From Somniosus microcephalus (taxonomy: Eukaryota), in the NCBI GenBank assembly GCA_052327205.1, contig CM126222.1:54312001-54376000 (forward strand): a DNA stretch of 64,000 bases, read 5' to 3'. This document shows positions 51,701-64,000 of this stretch, one piece after another. How positions within the stretch are numbered: position 1 is the stretch's first letter; every line of letters starts with the position of its first letter. A model generated the notes under the pieces. That model worked only from the letters and a program-made list of their open reading frames with translations. It was not told the origin of the DNA and ran no database searches. The position numbers and the translations under genes were made by a program.

Positions 51701-52894
51701 AAGATTTACGTCTGATCTGTCACAGTCACCATTGATATCCCGACAATTCATTCAGTTAATGCGTGATGATATCCTCACTGAAAGATTAAATTTGTGAAAC
51801 AATCATTGCGTGATTACTGGAATTCAATCTGCAGTCGATTACTAGGATATAACACTGCTCTATATATTACCGTTTGTGAATTTGAAGCATGCATTAGTTC
51901 ATCACATCACAATATATTACATCAAATTGTGGTTCCTTTTGAGAAAGCAGCAATTGATATAGTCCTGTGGTTCTTGCACAGTAATACAAACATGTGGTAT
52001 GGAGTGGAGTGCGTTACCTCTCTACTGAATGGAGTGGGGTTATTGGCAGAAGCCCAGGAACAGGTTGGCTGGTTAGTCTGTTGGTTGGTAAATGGTGCAT
52101 GGCACAAGGAGAACTAAGAAAGGGGCATAAAAAAATGGAAGAAAAATTGAGTGCTGTCGTGTGCAACAAATGGATATGTTTGATTGGTGGGGAGAGATGG
52201 ATGATTTATAGGACACTGTTTCTGAACCTGCCTTTGATCTCAAGCCTACGCTGAAATGAGCTCAGTTGGGTTCAGTTTATTTATCCATGGCCTTGAGTCT
52301 TACAGAATTTACAGATGCAAATGGCGTTTGTCATCCAAACAAATAACATGTCATGTGATCCTATTCCCATCAGCAAGTCTGGGAGTCAAGACGCCATTCA
52401 TTTTAATAGCAGCAAGGGAGATCAAAGTGATTCTTAAAGAAGGAGGAAAAACTGAGTGACGCTTTAAATATATACCCGTCAGGTATTCTGTTTTTAACAC
52501 TAGGCTCCTGATTTTGTTGCTTGTCTCCTGATTGCCACCGTGTGTAAAACTTCAACTTTTGTTATAGTGCTCTCAACTTTTCAAAACTTGTTACCTGCCT
52601 GTGTGGGGCAAGGGCTGTGAGAAATCAAACTTGTCAATCAGGAGTGACGACCATTAGGTGGGGTGCCCTAACTGTCACAACCTTTATAAAGTATTTGATG
52701 AAAGCGAGTGCTTAACTCTGGCTTGGCAGTATTCCTTCAGGCGGTGGTTTGCCTTTTTGTTTCCATGCCAGATTGCGTGTTTTTTTGTTGTTGTTGCCCT
52801 TTCTCTGTTGTGAACCCTTGCTCCTTTACTGTGCTGTCAACGTTTCACGTTTGCCAGTTCTTCTCCTGAATTCTCTGCTGTTTTTCGTCTTTTA

Positions 52895-53530
52895 CTCCAG
52901 TTTTTCTCCCTCCTCTTCGAAACACCCTGCCCAACAACTGATGTAGTGTACCAGCAGCCCTGTTCAAGTGTCCACTCTTTGTGGCTGAGCATAGGCATTG
53001 AGTGCGCCCGAGGTACTCGACTGTAGGGACATCCTAGCCAAGCCTAACCATATCCTCACAAAGGGGTAGATCTTGACTTTGTGCAATAGAGTAAAACTTG
53101 TGATGGCGAGTCAGCAGCCAGTTTTACACCTCTCCTGATTTTTATTTCCATTGACTTAGAAACATAGGAACAGGGGAAGGTCATTCAACCCCTCAAGCCT
53201 GTTCCGCCAGTGGAATTTCTATGGAAATAAAAATCGGGAAAGATGTAACACGAGCTGCCAACTTGCTATCACCCATTTTGCACTGTCGCACAAAGTCAGG
53301 ATCTACCCCTCAATACCCATACATTGGTACTTCCAACAGGGCTTATCGTGCAGTGATCAGGAGTGGGGAAACCTGGCTAATTGATTTCCTTCTAGGGTTG
53401 CTGAAACCCCTATAGCTGCCACAGATAAAATCAGCTGTCTCAGTACAGATCAGTCATCGAAGCTGGGATTTTCCAGGTGTCTCCATACCAAACTGGATGA
53501 TGCATTTACCCACTGAGCCATGTGGACCTT
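52895..53530 (-). mobile_element. SINE-like repeat, second family, interrupted by a MITE
   Basis: ttccaacagggctt...gtgatcaggagtggggaaacctggct...atttacccactgagcca (A box on - strand). Confidence 0.55.
53062..53310. mobile_element. Palindromic PIF/Harbinger-type MITE with 3-bp TSD (CAA) and a tiny CR1 tail at its centre
   Basis: TIRs aggggtagatcttgactttgtgc / gcacaaagtcaggatctacccct; caa at 53059-53061 and 53311-53313; CR1 3' end on - strand at ~53157-53210. Confidence 0.85.
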
Positions 53531-53991
53531 ATATTCTGATAATCCTGCTGCTTCTCTTGTTTTCTTTTTCTTTGTTCTATTGTCTTGCACACCTTTTCTC
53601 CATCTTTCTGCTCTTTCCTTTATGCCTACTCCACCTTGCCACGAATTCTTTTTTGATACCTCCTTAGCCACTATTGTTTTTCTGACTGCTCCTTGGTGCA
53701 AAGAGAGAAAGAAAGAGGTAAAGGACAAATGGCACTGCAACAGTAAGAAAGAAATGATTTGACAGGAGAGGAAGTATAACATTCACGACCGAGAAAAGAG
53801 GTAATACAGATGTACAAAAATAAAGGAAAAGAAAGATGGAAAGTAACCATGGAGAAAGATTTAAGGATCAGAGAACAGTGGAAAAAAATGATAAGGGGGA
53901 AGAAACAGTAAATGTAACCAACAGGACGAGGCAGTTGCTGAGCATTATTAACCACACATAACATGCTGGTTTGCCTTTAACCTGTTGCACA

Positions 53992-54313
53992 GGGAGTAAT
54001 TTTGTAATTCCATCCTATGAACAGGGAGTCAACCCTCTGGGTGGTGTTGGAAATTTGGACACATTCTGCCCATGATCTTCCGACCATTAAAATTAATGGT
54101 TAGAAACACATGGGCAGCGCGGCCAATGCAATCCCGCCCGGCAAGGTGCCCTGCGAACAGTGCAGATCCATAAATTTACTCACATAATGAGGGTAATGTT
54201 AATTTCTGGCGAGTTTGACTACAACAGAAACAAAAATGGGGAGAGGTGTATAACGGGTGACCGATCCGATATCGCTCTATTTACATTATATCGGCAAAAG
54301 TTAAAATGACCCT
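53992..54313. mobile_element. Two adjacent decayed MITEs
   Basis: gagtaattt...aaatttactc with palindromic centre ccattaaaattaatgg; agggtaatgttaattt...aaagttaaaatgaccct. Confidence 0.5.
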
Positions 54314-54376
54314 GAATGATATAAAGATGCTCCTGGATGACCTCCTATACCCCCATTCCTTTACATGCACCCATAT

Positions 54377-54379
<3 letters not shown>

Positions 54380-54423
<44 letters not shown>

Positions 54424-54473
54424 GCACACTTACACCTAACCAGGCACATTCACACACCTACACTAGGCACACA
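54380..54473. repeat. (CA)n plus about 3 degenerate units of the CACACCTACACCAGG satellite
   Basis: Directly visible. Confidence 0.85.
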
Positions 54474-56735
54474 ACATAGGATATACGGCACAGAAACAGG
54501 CCATTCGGCCCAACCAGTCCATGCCGGCATTTATGCTCCACACGAGCCTCCTCCCGTCTTTCCTCATCTAAATCTATCAGCATAACCCTCTATTCCCTTC
54601 TCCCTCATAGGCTTGTCTAGCCTCCCCTTAAATGCATCTATACTATTCGCTTCAACCACTCCCTGTGGTAGTGAGTTCCACATTCTCACCACTCTTTGGG
54701 TAAAGAAGTTTCTTCTGAATTCCCTATTGGATTTCTTGGTGACTATCTTATATTGATGGCCTCTAGTTATGCTCTTCCCCACAAGTGGAACATTCTCTGT
54801 ATCCACTCTATCAACATTTTTCATAATTTTAAAGACCTCTATTAGGTCACCCCTCAGCCTTTTTTCAAGAGAAATCATCCTTTCCTGATATGTATACCCT
54901 CGCATTTCTGGTATCATCCTTGTAAATCTTCTCTGCACCCTCTGCGGTGCCTTAATATACTTTTTATGATATGGCGACCAGAACTGTACGCAGTACTTTA
55001 AGTGTGGTCTAACCAAGGTTCGATACAGGTTTAGCATAACTTTGCTACTTTTCAATTCTATCCCTCTCGAAATAAACCCTAGTGCTTGGTTTGCTTTTTT
55101 AATGGCCTTGCTAACCTGTGCTACAACGTTTAGTGATTTGTGTATTTGTACTCCTAGATCCCTTTGTTCCTCTACCCCACCTAGACTCGCACACCCCAAG
55201 TGATAAGTGACCTCCCTATTCTTACCAAAATGTAATACCTCACATTTATCTGTGTTGAACTTAATTTGCCAATTATATGCCCATCCTGCAAGTTTACTAA
55301 CGTCCTCCTGTAAGTTGTTGCAGTCCTCCTCAGTATTGACTATCCCCCCCCACCCCGCCCCCCGCCAATTTTGGTGTCATCTGCAAATTTAGAAATTGTG
55401 TTTTTTGATTCCGAAGTCTAAATCGTTAATGTAAATTGTGAACAGCAGTGATCCCAGCACTGATCCTTGTGGAACACCACTACCCACCTTCTGCCACTGT
55501 GAATCGCTACCCTTTACTCCCACTCTCTGTTTTCTGTCCTGAAGCCAGCCAGCAATCCATTCTGCTACTTGTCCCCTGACTCCGCATTCTCTGACCTTGG
55601 TCATCAGTCTATTATGGGATACCTCGTCGAAGGTCTTTTGAAAATCCAGATAAATTACATCTACTGCAGTACCATTGTCTACTCTCTCTGTTACCTCTTC
55701 AAAAAATTCAGTAAGGTTGGTCAAGCAAGACTTTCCCTTTTGAAATCCATGCTGACTATTCATTATTATATTTTTGGTTTCTAGACGTTCTTCTATTTTC
55801 TCCTTTAGTAGGGATTCCATTATTTTTCCTATCACCAATGTTAAGCTGACTGGTCTATAATTTCCTGGACATGTTCTATCCCCCTTCTTAAATATAGGTA
55901 TTACGTCAGCTATCCGCCAGTCTTCTGGCACTATACCTTTTTCTAACGAATTATTAAATATGCGTAGTAATGCCTCTGCTATCTCTTCCCGAGATTCCTT
56001 TAAAATGCGTGGATGCAATCCATCCGGACCAGGGGTTTTATCCTCTTTGAATTTGATTATTTATTTAATATATCCCTTTATTTTAAATGCTCCTATCTCA
56101 TTACTAATCTCATTATCCAATGTCATGTCCACCTGTTCTATCTCCCTGGTAAATACTGAAGCAAAATGATTATTTAATATTTCTGCCATCTTTCTATCGT
56201 TACCTGTGGTATTATCCAAACAATCCCTTAATGTCCCTATTCCTATCCCAATCTTCCTTTTTTATTGATGTGCCTATAAAATATTTTACAATTTTGTTTT
56301 ATGTTCCTTGATAATTTAATTTCATAGTTCCTCTTTGCCTCCCTGATTGTTTTATTGACTTCTCTACTAATCTTTTTGTATTCTCTCTTATCATGCACTC
56401 CCCTGCTGTCTCTGTACTTAATGTATGCCTCTTTCTTTACCCTCAATTGTTCCCTTATGGCTTTATTCATCCATGGAGTCTCATTATTGTTTAGTTTGTT
56501 CTTTCGTTTTAGTGGAATATATTTTTCCTGCATTCTGTTGAACACCGTTTTAAATGTTTCCCATTGCTGGTCTACATCGTTGTTTGCCAATATTGTTGCC
56601 CAATTTTTTCCCAATTTCTATTCTCAGCCCCTCAAAATCAGCTTTTCTCCAAACTATTAACCTGGTTTTCATCATACTTCTGTCCTTTTCAATTATCATC
56701 TTAAAGCATATTATATTCTGTCTTAAAGCGTATTA
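54474..56735 (-). mobile_element. 5'-truncated CR1 with frameshifted ORF2
   Basis: ORFs 56243-56614, 55389-56018 (NYRPVSLT, YLDFQKTFD, GVPQGSVLG), 54564-55199 (RPHLKYCVQFWSP, FFTQRVVRMWNSLP); CR1 3' UTR. Confidence 0.95.
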
Positions 56736-56741
56736 CACTTG

Positions 56742-57885
56742 CACACCTACACCAGGCACACACTCACTCCTACACCAGGCACACACTCACACACCGACAC
56801 CAGGCACATTCACACACCTACACCAGGCACACTCACACACACCTACACCAGGCACACTCACACACACCTACACACCTACACCAGGCACACTCACACACCT
56901 ACACCAGGCACACTCACACACCTACACCAGGCACACTCACACACCTACACCAGGCACACTCACACACACCTACACCAGGCACACTCACACACTCCTACAC
57001 CAGGCACACTCACACACACCTACACCAGGCACACTCACACACTCCTACACCAGGCACACTCTCACACTCCTACACCAGGCACACTCACACACTCCTACAC
57101 CAGGCACACTCACACACTCCTACACCAGGCACACTCACACAATCCTACACCAGGCACACTCACACACTCCTACACCAGGCACACTCACACAATCCTACAC
57201 CAGGCACACTCACACACTCCTACACCAGGCACACTCACACTCCTACACCAGGCACACTCACACACCTACACCAGGCACACTCACACACACCTACACCAGG
57301 CACACTCACACTCCTACACCAGGCACACTCTCACACCTACACCAGGCACACTCACACACTCCTACACCAGGCACACTCACACACTCCTACACCAGGCACA
57401 CTCACACACACCTACACCAGGCACACTCTCACACCTACACCAGGCACACTCACACACACCTACACCAGGCACACTCACACACACCTACACCAGGCACACT
57501 CACACACTCCTACACCAGGCACACTCACACACACCTACACCAGGCACACTCACACACACCTACACCAGGCACACTCACACACACCTACACCAGGCACACT
57601 CACACACACCTACACTAGGCACACTCACACACACCTACACCAGGCACACTCACACACACCTACACCAGGCACACTCACACACACCTACACCAGGCACACT
57701 CACACACTCCTACACCAGGCACACTCACACACCTACACCAGGCACACTCACACACACCTACACCAGGCACACTCACACACCTACACCAGGCACACTCACA
57801 CACACCTACACCAGGCACACTCACACTCCTACACCAGGCACACTCACACACCTACACCAGACACACTCACACACACCTACACCAG

Positions 57886-57936
<51 letters not shown>

Positions 57937-59086
57937 CACCAGGCACACTCACACTCCTACACCAGGCACACTCACACTCCTACACCAGGCACACTCACAC
58001 ACTCCTACACCAGGCACACTCACACACACACCTACACCAGGCACACACACACACTCCTACACCAGGCACTCACACACACCTACACCAGGCACACACACAC
58101 ACTCCTACACCAGGCACACTCACACTCCTACACCAGGCACACTCTCACACCTACACCAGGCACACTCACACTCCTACACCAGGCACACTCTCACACCTAC
58201 ACCAGGCACACTCACACACACCTACACCAGGCACACTCACACACACCTACACCAGACACACTCACACACCTACACCAGACACTCTCACACCTACACCAGG
58301 CACACACACACACCTACACCAGGCACACTCACACACCTACACCAGGCACACTCACACACCTACACCAGGCACACTCACACACCTACACCAGGCACACTCA
58401 CACACCTACACCAGGCACACTCACAAACTCCTACACCAGGCACACTCACACACCTACACCAGGCACACTCACACACACCTACACCAGGCACACTCACACA
58501 CCTACACCAGACACACTCACACACCTACACCAGGCACACTCACACACCTACACCAGACACACTCACACACCTACACCAGACACTCACACACTCCTACACC
58601 AGGCACACTCACACACCTACACCAGGCACACTCACACACCTACACCAGGCACACTCTCACACTCCTACACCAGGCACACTCACACACACCTACACCAGGC
58701 ACACTCACACACTCCTACACCAGGCACACTCACACACACCTACACCAGGCACACTCACACACACCTACACCAGGCACACTCACACACACCTACACCAGGC
58801 ACACTCACACACACCTACACCAGACACACTCACACACACCTACACCAGGCACACTCACACACACCTACACCAGGCACACTCACACACTCCTACACCAGGC
58901 ACACACACACCTACACCAGGCACACTCACACACCTACACCAGGCACACTCACACACACCTACACCAGGCACACTCACACACCTACACCAGGCACACTCAC
59001 ACACACCTACACCAGGCACACTCACACTCCTACACCAGGCACACTCACACACCTACACCAGACACACTCACACACACCTACACCAG

Positions 59087-59139
<53 letters not shown>

Positions 59140-60323
59140 CACCAGGCACACTCACACTCCTACACCAGGCACACTCACACTCCTACACCAGGCACACTCA
59201 CACACTCCTACACCAGGCACACTCACACACACACCTACACCAGGCACACACACACACTCCTACACCAGGCACACACACACACCTACACCAGACACACTCA
59301 CACACCTACACCAGACACTCACACACCTACACCAGGCACACTCACACACCTACACCAGGCACACTCACACACCTACACCAGGCACACTCACACACCTACA
59401 CCAGGCACACTCACACACCTACACCAGGCACACTCACACACCTACACCAGGCACACTCACAAACTCCTACACCAGGCACACTCACACACCTACACCAGGC
59501 ACACTCACACACACCTACACCAGGCACACTCACACACCTACACCAGGCACACTCACACACCTACACCAGGCACACTCACACACCTACACCAGACACACTC
59601 ACACACCTACACCAGGCACACTCACACACCTACACCAGACACACTCACACACCTACACCAGACACACTCACACACCTACACCAGGCACACTCACACACCT
59701 ACACCAGACACACTCACACACCTACACCAGACACTCACACACTCCTACACCAGGCACACTCACACACCTACACCAGGCACACTCACACACCTACACCAGG
59801 CACACTCTCACACTCCTACACCAGGCACACTCACACTCCTACACCAGGCACACTCTCACACCTACACCAGGCACACACTCACACCTACACCAGGCACACT
59901 CACACACTCCTACACCAGGCACACTCTCACACTCCTACCCCAGGCACACTCACACACTCCTACACCAGGCACACTCACACACTCCTACACCAGGCACACA
60001 CTCACACCTACACCAGGCACACTCACACACTCCTACACCAGGCACACACACACACACACCTACACCAGGCACACTCACACACACCTACACCAGGCACACT
60101 CACACACTCCTACACCAGGCACACTCACACACTCCTACACCAGGCACACTCACACACACCTACACCAGGCACACTCACACACACCTACACCAGGCACACT
60201 CACACACACCTACACCAGGCACACTCACACACCTACACCAGGCACACTCACACACACCTACACCAGGCACACTCACACACCTACACCAGACACACTCACA
60301 CACACCTACACCAGGCACACTGA
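56742..60323. repeat. 3.6-kb CA-rich minisatellite, unit CCTACACCAGGCACACT(CA)n of about 20-28 bp
   Basis: Directly visible; embedded long (CA)n runs at ~57886 and ~59087. Confidence 0.97.
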
Positions 60324-62123
60324 CACAACTACACATAGTTGGCCCCCATTTGCCCCTCCCACTCGGCCCTTGTCCGACCCATGTCCTGATCTTTCCTTCC
60401 AAAAAGTTGGCAAGCACACCAATAGGGATAACGTTCCAATCGAGACTTACTGAAATAGTACACCAATCTGTGAAGTTCATTAGTTAAAAAAACATTCCCT
60501 GTAGTCTCTAACCGCTGTTAAAATGACTAAGAATTTTCCTCTAATGTAACAAATAAATGTTTGGCTGGGATGTTGCACCAGCATTAAAAAAAAACTACTC
60601 ACAGTGCCTGTGTCTATTGATGTTAAATAGTTTTAAACACTGTGGGAACAGAGCTTCCTGGTGCATCTCACTGGTTTGAGAATCTGGAATCACTCTGGCT
60701 GAAGAAAGTGAATGTTCCCTTTAGTAATGCTGAAAGTCTTGGACATTGTCATGGAAAAAACATAACCGTATGAATTTAGACATTTCTACATTCGCAAACT
60801 AGTGTTCTCTCAGCTCTGGAATAGCAGACATTTCCTTATCTGGCATATTTGTAATTGAGAAGCTTTGAAGGGCAATGTGTATAATATTGTAAGGCTTGTG
60901 ATTAAAGTAATACTGTGTTAATAACTGCAATGTCTGATAGCTTTAGCCATGTCTTCATTCCAGTCATATCTCAAAGAATGTATTACTAAACATGACTGCA
61001 TCATTGTGGCTCTAATAGTTTCAAATAATTTCTCATCTAAGTAAAGAATTGAGTGAAGAGTTGGGCGTGGGCAGTGTGGAATAACATTTCAATCTCAATG
61101 CATTAGCACACATTCTCTATACTGCCACAGTCCTGCCTTTTCACCCCACTCCTCTTCCCCTATATAATTCTTCTCCCGCTCCTTTAGCCCCAACTCACTG
61201 TCATACCCCTTACTGCTATTCTTCTGTTCATACTTTTATACCCTAAGTTCATTGTACATTATTTAAGTCGGATATTAGACCATATTTTAATAGTTCTAAT
61301 TTCTAGTACTGTTAACATAAAGGGTATGTTTTTTAAAGTCTGTGTAAATACGAGAAGGGGCCGGAGCAGCAGCAGCAGCTGTGGTAACACAATTGTGCTT
61401 TCTGTGTTATTCATTGGAACAATTTGTTTTGTTTTGTTTATTTTTAGCATTGTACAGCCATTGTGGCTTTTTTCTTCGTAGAGAGCAGAAAGGCAACTGT
61501 CTCGTTAGAAAGTGCGCTATACTAAGAACACAACAACTTCCGTGCGTCTGAAAAAAATGTCATTCAGGGCAGCGCAACCCACCCTCTCCTGACTTAATAG
61601 AACAAATTGGCAGCTAGTGCGTCCGTAACTTTCTGCAGTTCTGCTTTGTATTCAGAATAGCAGCGTCACCACACATTGCCACACTCCCATACTCCTGTGC
61701 TTTTTCACCCACACCTCTTCCTTCTCCGTGCTTCTGTAATCCTCCTCCTGCCCCTGCAGCTCTCACTGCTTGTCCTAACCTTTACTCCTACTTCTCCTGT
61801 CATTCTTTTAGACATTTGTTTTCTTCGGCCGGAGTGATTCCAGATTCGTAAAACAGCGAGATTCATCAGGAACCTTTCTTCCCATAATGTATAAAACCAC
61901 TCAGTGCAAATACCCCAAGCTCCTAATACAATATATAGGCCATCTTCTGAATTATTAGTGATTATTCATCTCGGATCTTACAATAGCGAGTGAACATTGG
62001 CTCACGTTGGCTACTGTTTATCAGAGTGTCATTCGAGGGAATATCTTACACTGCAGAATGAAAAGAGAATCTAGTTATTTTTGTGACGTTGTGCTTTGGT
62101 CTATTAAAGTGTATTTTAATACT

Positions 62124-62840
62124 GGCCCAGATTTTCCGATCGCAGGCCTCCCGCGGGCGGAGGGCTGCGATCTGGGAAAATCCGCGCCCTGACCGGAGGG
62201 CTCCCGGGAGGCGCAGAGTTCCGGTGCTGGGCCTCTCCAAACTGCCGGTGCGCAGGGCCCACGTATCCCAGAGGCGCAGGTAGTTCGCAGCGCACGTGGG
62301 CCATGGGGAGCCAATCACAGAAGGGAATCTCCCTTCATACATTTGACAGGAAGACCTGTCAAATATATGAATGGAGATCACCCCCAAAAACATACTAAAA
62401 CTTCAAATAAATTTTTTTTTTTAAATCACATTTTTAAAATGACTTGAAGTTACATAAATTAACTATTTTAAACAAAATTAAAATTTTTGAAAAAAATAAT
62501 TTAAGTTTTTAACGAGGCTAAAAATAAACTTTAAAGTATTTTTAATTTAATTGATAAATCAGTGGGAATTTTTTTAAAAACTTTTTTCAACTGTTATCCT
62601 GGTAAAAGCAGGCCTTACGCCTGCTTTTACCAGGTGCAAGAATTGTAAGTGTTTTCTATGGGCGGAGGGTCTCCAAAAAGCGGAACTCTCCACCCGCAGA
62701 GGCCCTGCTCCAGATCTTGACAGATCGGAAATGCCGGTTTCCGGCGTATGTGCAGTGCATGCCTGAAACCGGCATTTCCGATGTCCCTACGGGTAAGTAC
62801 ACGGCACGTACACACCCGTAGGGATCGGAATTTCTGCCCC
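62124..62840. mobile_element. Non-autonomous PIF/Harbinger-type DNA transposon with 3-bp TSD (ACT)
   Basis: Imperfect TIRs ggcccagattttccgatcgc / gggatcggaatttctgcccc; act at 62121-62123 and 62841-62843; CpG-rich arms around an AT-rich core. Confidence 0.8.
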
Positions 62841-64000
62841 ACTGTCTTTATATCTGTCATTGTATAAAATGAACCTATGCGTGAAAGTGTGCAATACAAT
62901 AAAATATCTTTATTTATGGGGAAAAGAAATACCAGAAACCCAGCAAACTAGCATAATTCTAGTTTTTAAAAAAAAATCAGGTCCTGCAAAGTATGTCCTT
63001 GACTTCTCCTGAAGAGGGAATGGAAGTTTGGATATTGGCTTGTCCCTAATTTTTAACAGACTTCAAGCATTAGAGTGAAGGTTATTTCAAGGGGCTACAT
63101 TACAGAAGAAGAAAAATATTAATGTTATAGGAAAACCGAGCTTTAATATAGGTACTGCAATTGACATCTCATCAGAGAACAGTTCCAATATGAATACTAC
63201 ACTACAAATTTTATTTTATTATTACCATTACAAAAACCAGAATGTGCATGAAGCAGTCACTGGACCTCTGGATTTTGAATTCCTTTCGTGTAACACTACC
63301 TGTATTCCAATATCAGAAAGTTGTTATTTTGTACCTGATAGTTTAACAAATGTCTTTTACAAGCCATTTCCCATGCTTCTGCCGGTAATCTGAGTAATGG
63401 CTTTCTCCATGACTGTAACCACTGTTGTCCTGTTATTGGCTGGCAGAAGGCAAGATTCAAGGAGGCGCACCAGATAATGTAACTTTTTCCTCCTTTCTTC
63501 TCTACTTTCTGGCCGTTTGACCAAAATAAAAAAACAGATAAAGCTCACCTGATTGAGATGGGAGGATTTAAGTACCAGGCAGCCCCTTCTGGTCAACAGC
63601 TCAGTTAAAATACTGGCCATTCCTAGCTGTTTATTAGTAATAATATATAAATAGAGTCCGCACAAACCCGTGGTTTACAAAACCTCCACTGTTGTGGCCT
63701 GTAACTCCATCGCATGTGAGACTCGTGTGTTAGAAGATAGAGTGCCACTCGGTCAAATATTTTTCACAATTCACTGCTTATTGATGTGCATCACATCTGC
63801 ATAACTCATTTTTATGTCATATGTTTCTCTGTATTTTTAAGGGTACCAGTAAGCAGGAATTGGAAGGCTAAAAGGAATTCTCAGAAACTCGTGAATGAAT
63901 CAGTATTTGTGGCATGAAATTCTAAACCCAAGAAAACCTGAATTCAATTTTGTAATTGAACGCATATACTGGAGTGATGTGAAGAATCCAATGTTCATGT

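Noticed and set aside
56554-60323. 1194-aa and 354-aa His/Thr-rich ORFs
   Set aside because: Translations of a minisatellite that lacks stop codons; intronic, no domain.

Overview
Eukaryotic, vertebrate DNA, most likely from a cartilaginous fish (inferred from the repeat set: CR1 LINEs, SacSINE1-type Deu-SINEs, Penelope-derived elements, Harbinger-type MITEs). The only host gene I recognise is BAHCC1 (+ strand). Its first coding exon (ATG 27561, donor after 27759) matches the human N-terminus as I recall it ([14 protein letters not shown]...[17 protein letters not shown]). A probable non-coding exon 1 lies at about 25447-25605, and I could not find the next coding exon, so 27760-64000 appears to be intron. 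The 5' end sits in a ~20 kb transposon-free, CpG-rich domain (about 15.3-35 kb). It contains an apparently bidirectional promoter built on a duplicated CCAAT-Forkhead-PBX/PREP module, plus a candidate divergent spliced non-coding RNA. The flanks are repeat-rich: a nearly intact full-length CR1 (6011-10726) nested in an older LINE, truncated CR1s, Penelope fragments, SINEs, MITEs and two large minisatellites. Best leads: (1) a correctly phased U_UUA_AAC -1 frameshift heptamer at the CR1 ORF1/ORF2 junction; (2) the duplicated promoter module and divergent transcript; (3) minimal hammerhead-ribozyme cores with U3-G8 and U3-A8 variants in the Penelope tails; (4) a TATA-containing tandem monomer in the CR1 5' UTR; (5) LF-SINE-like copies. 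Family assignments come from motif recognition and memory, not database searches.
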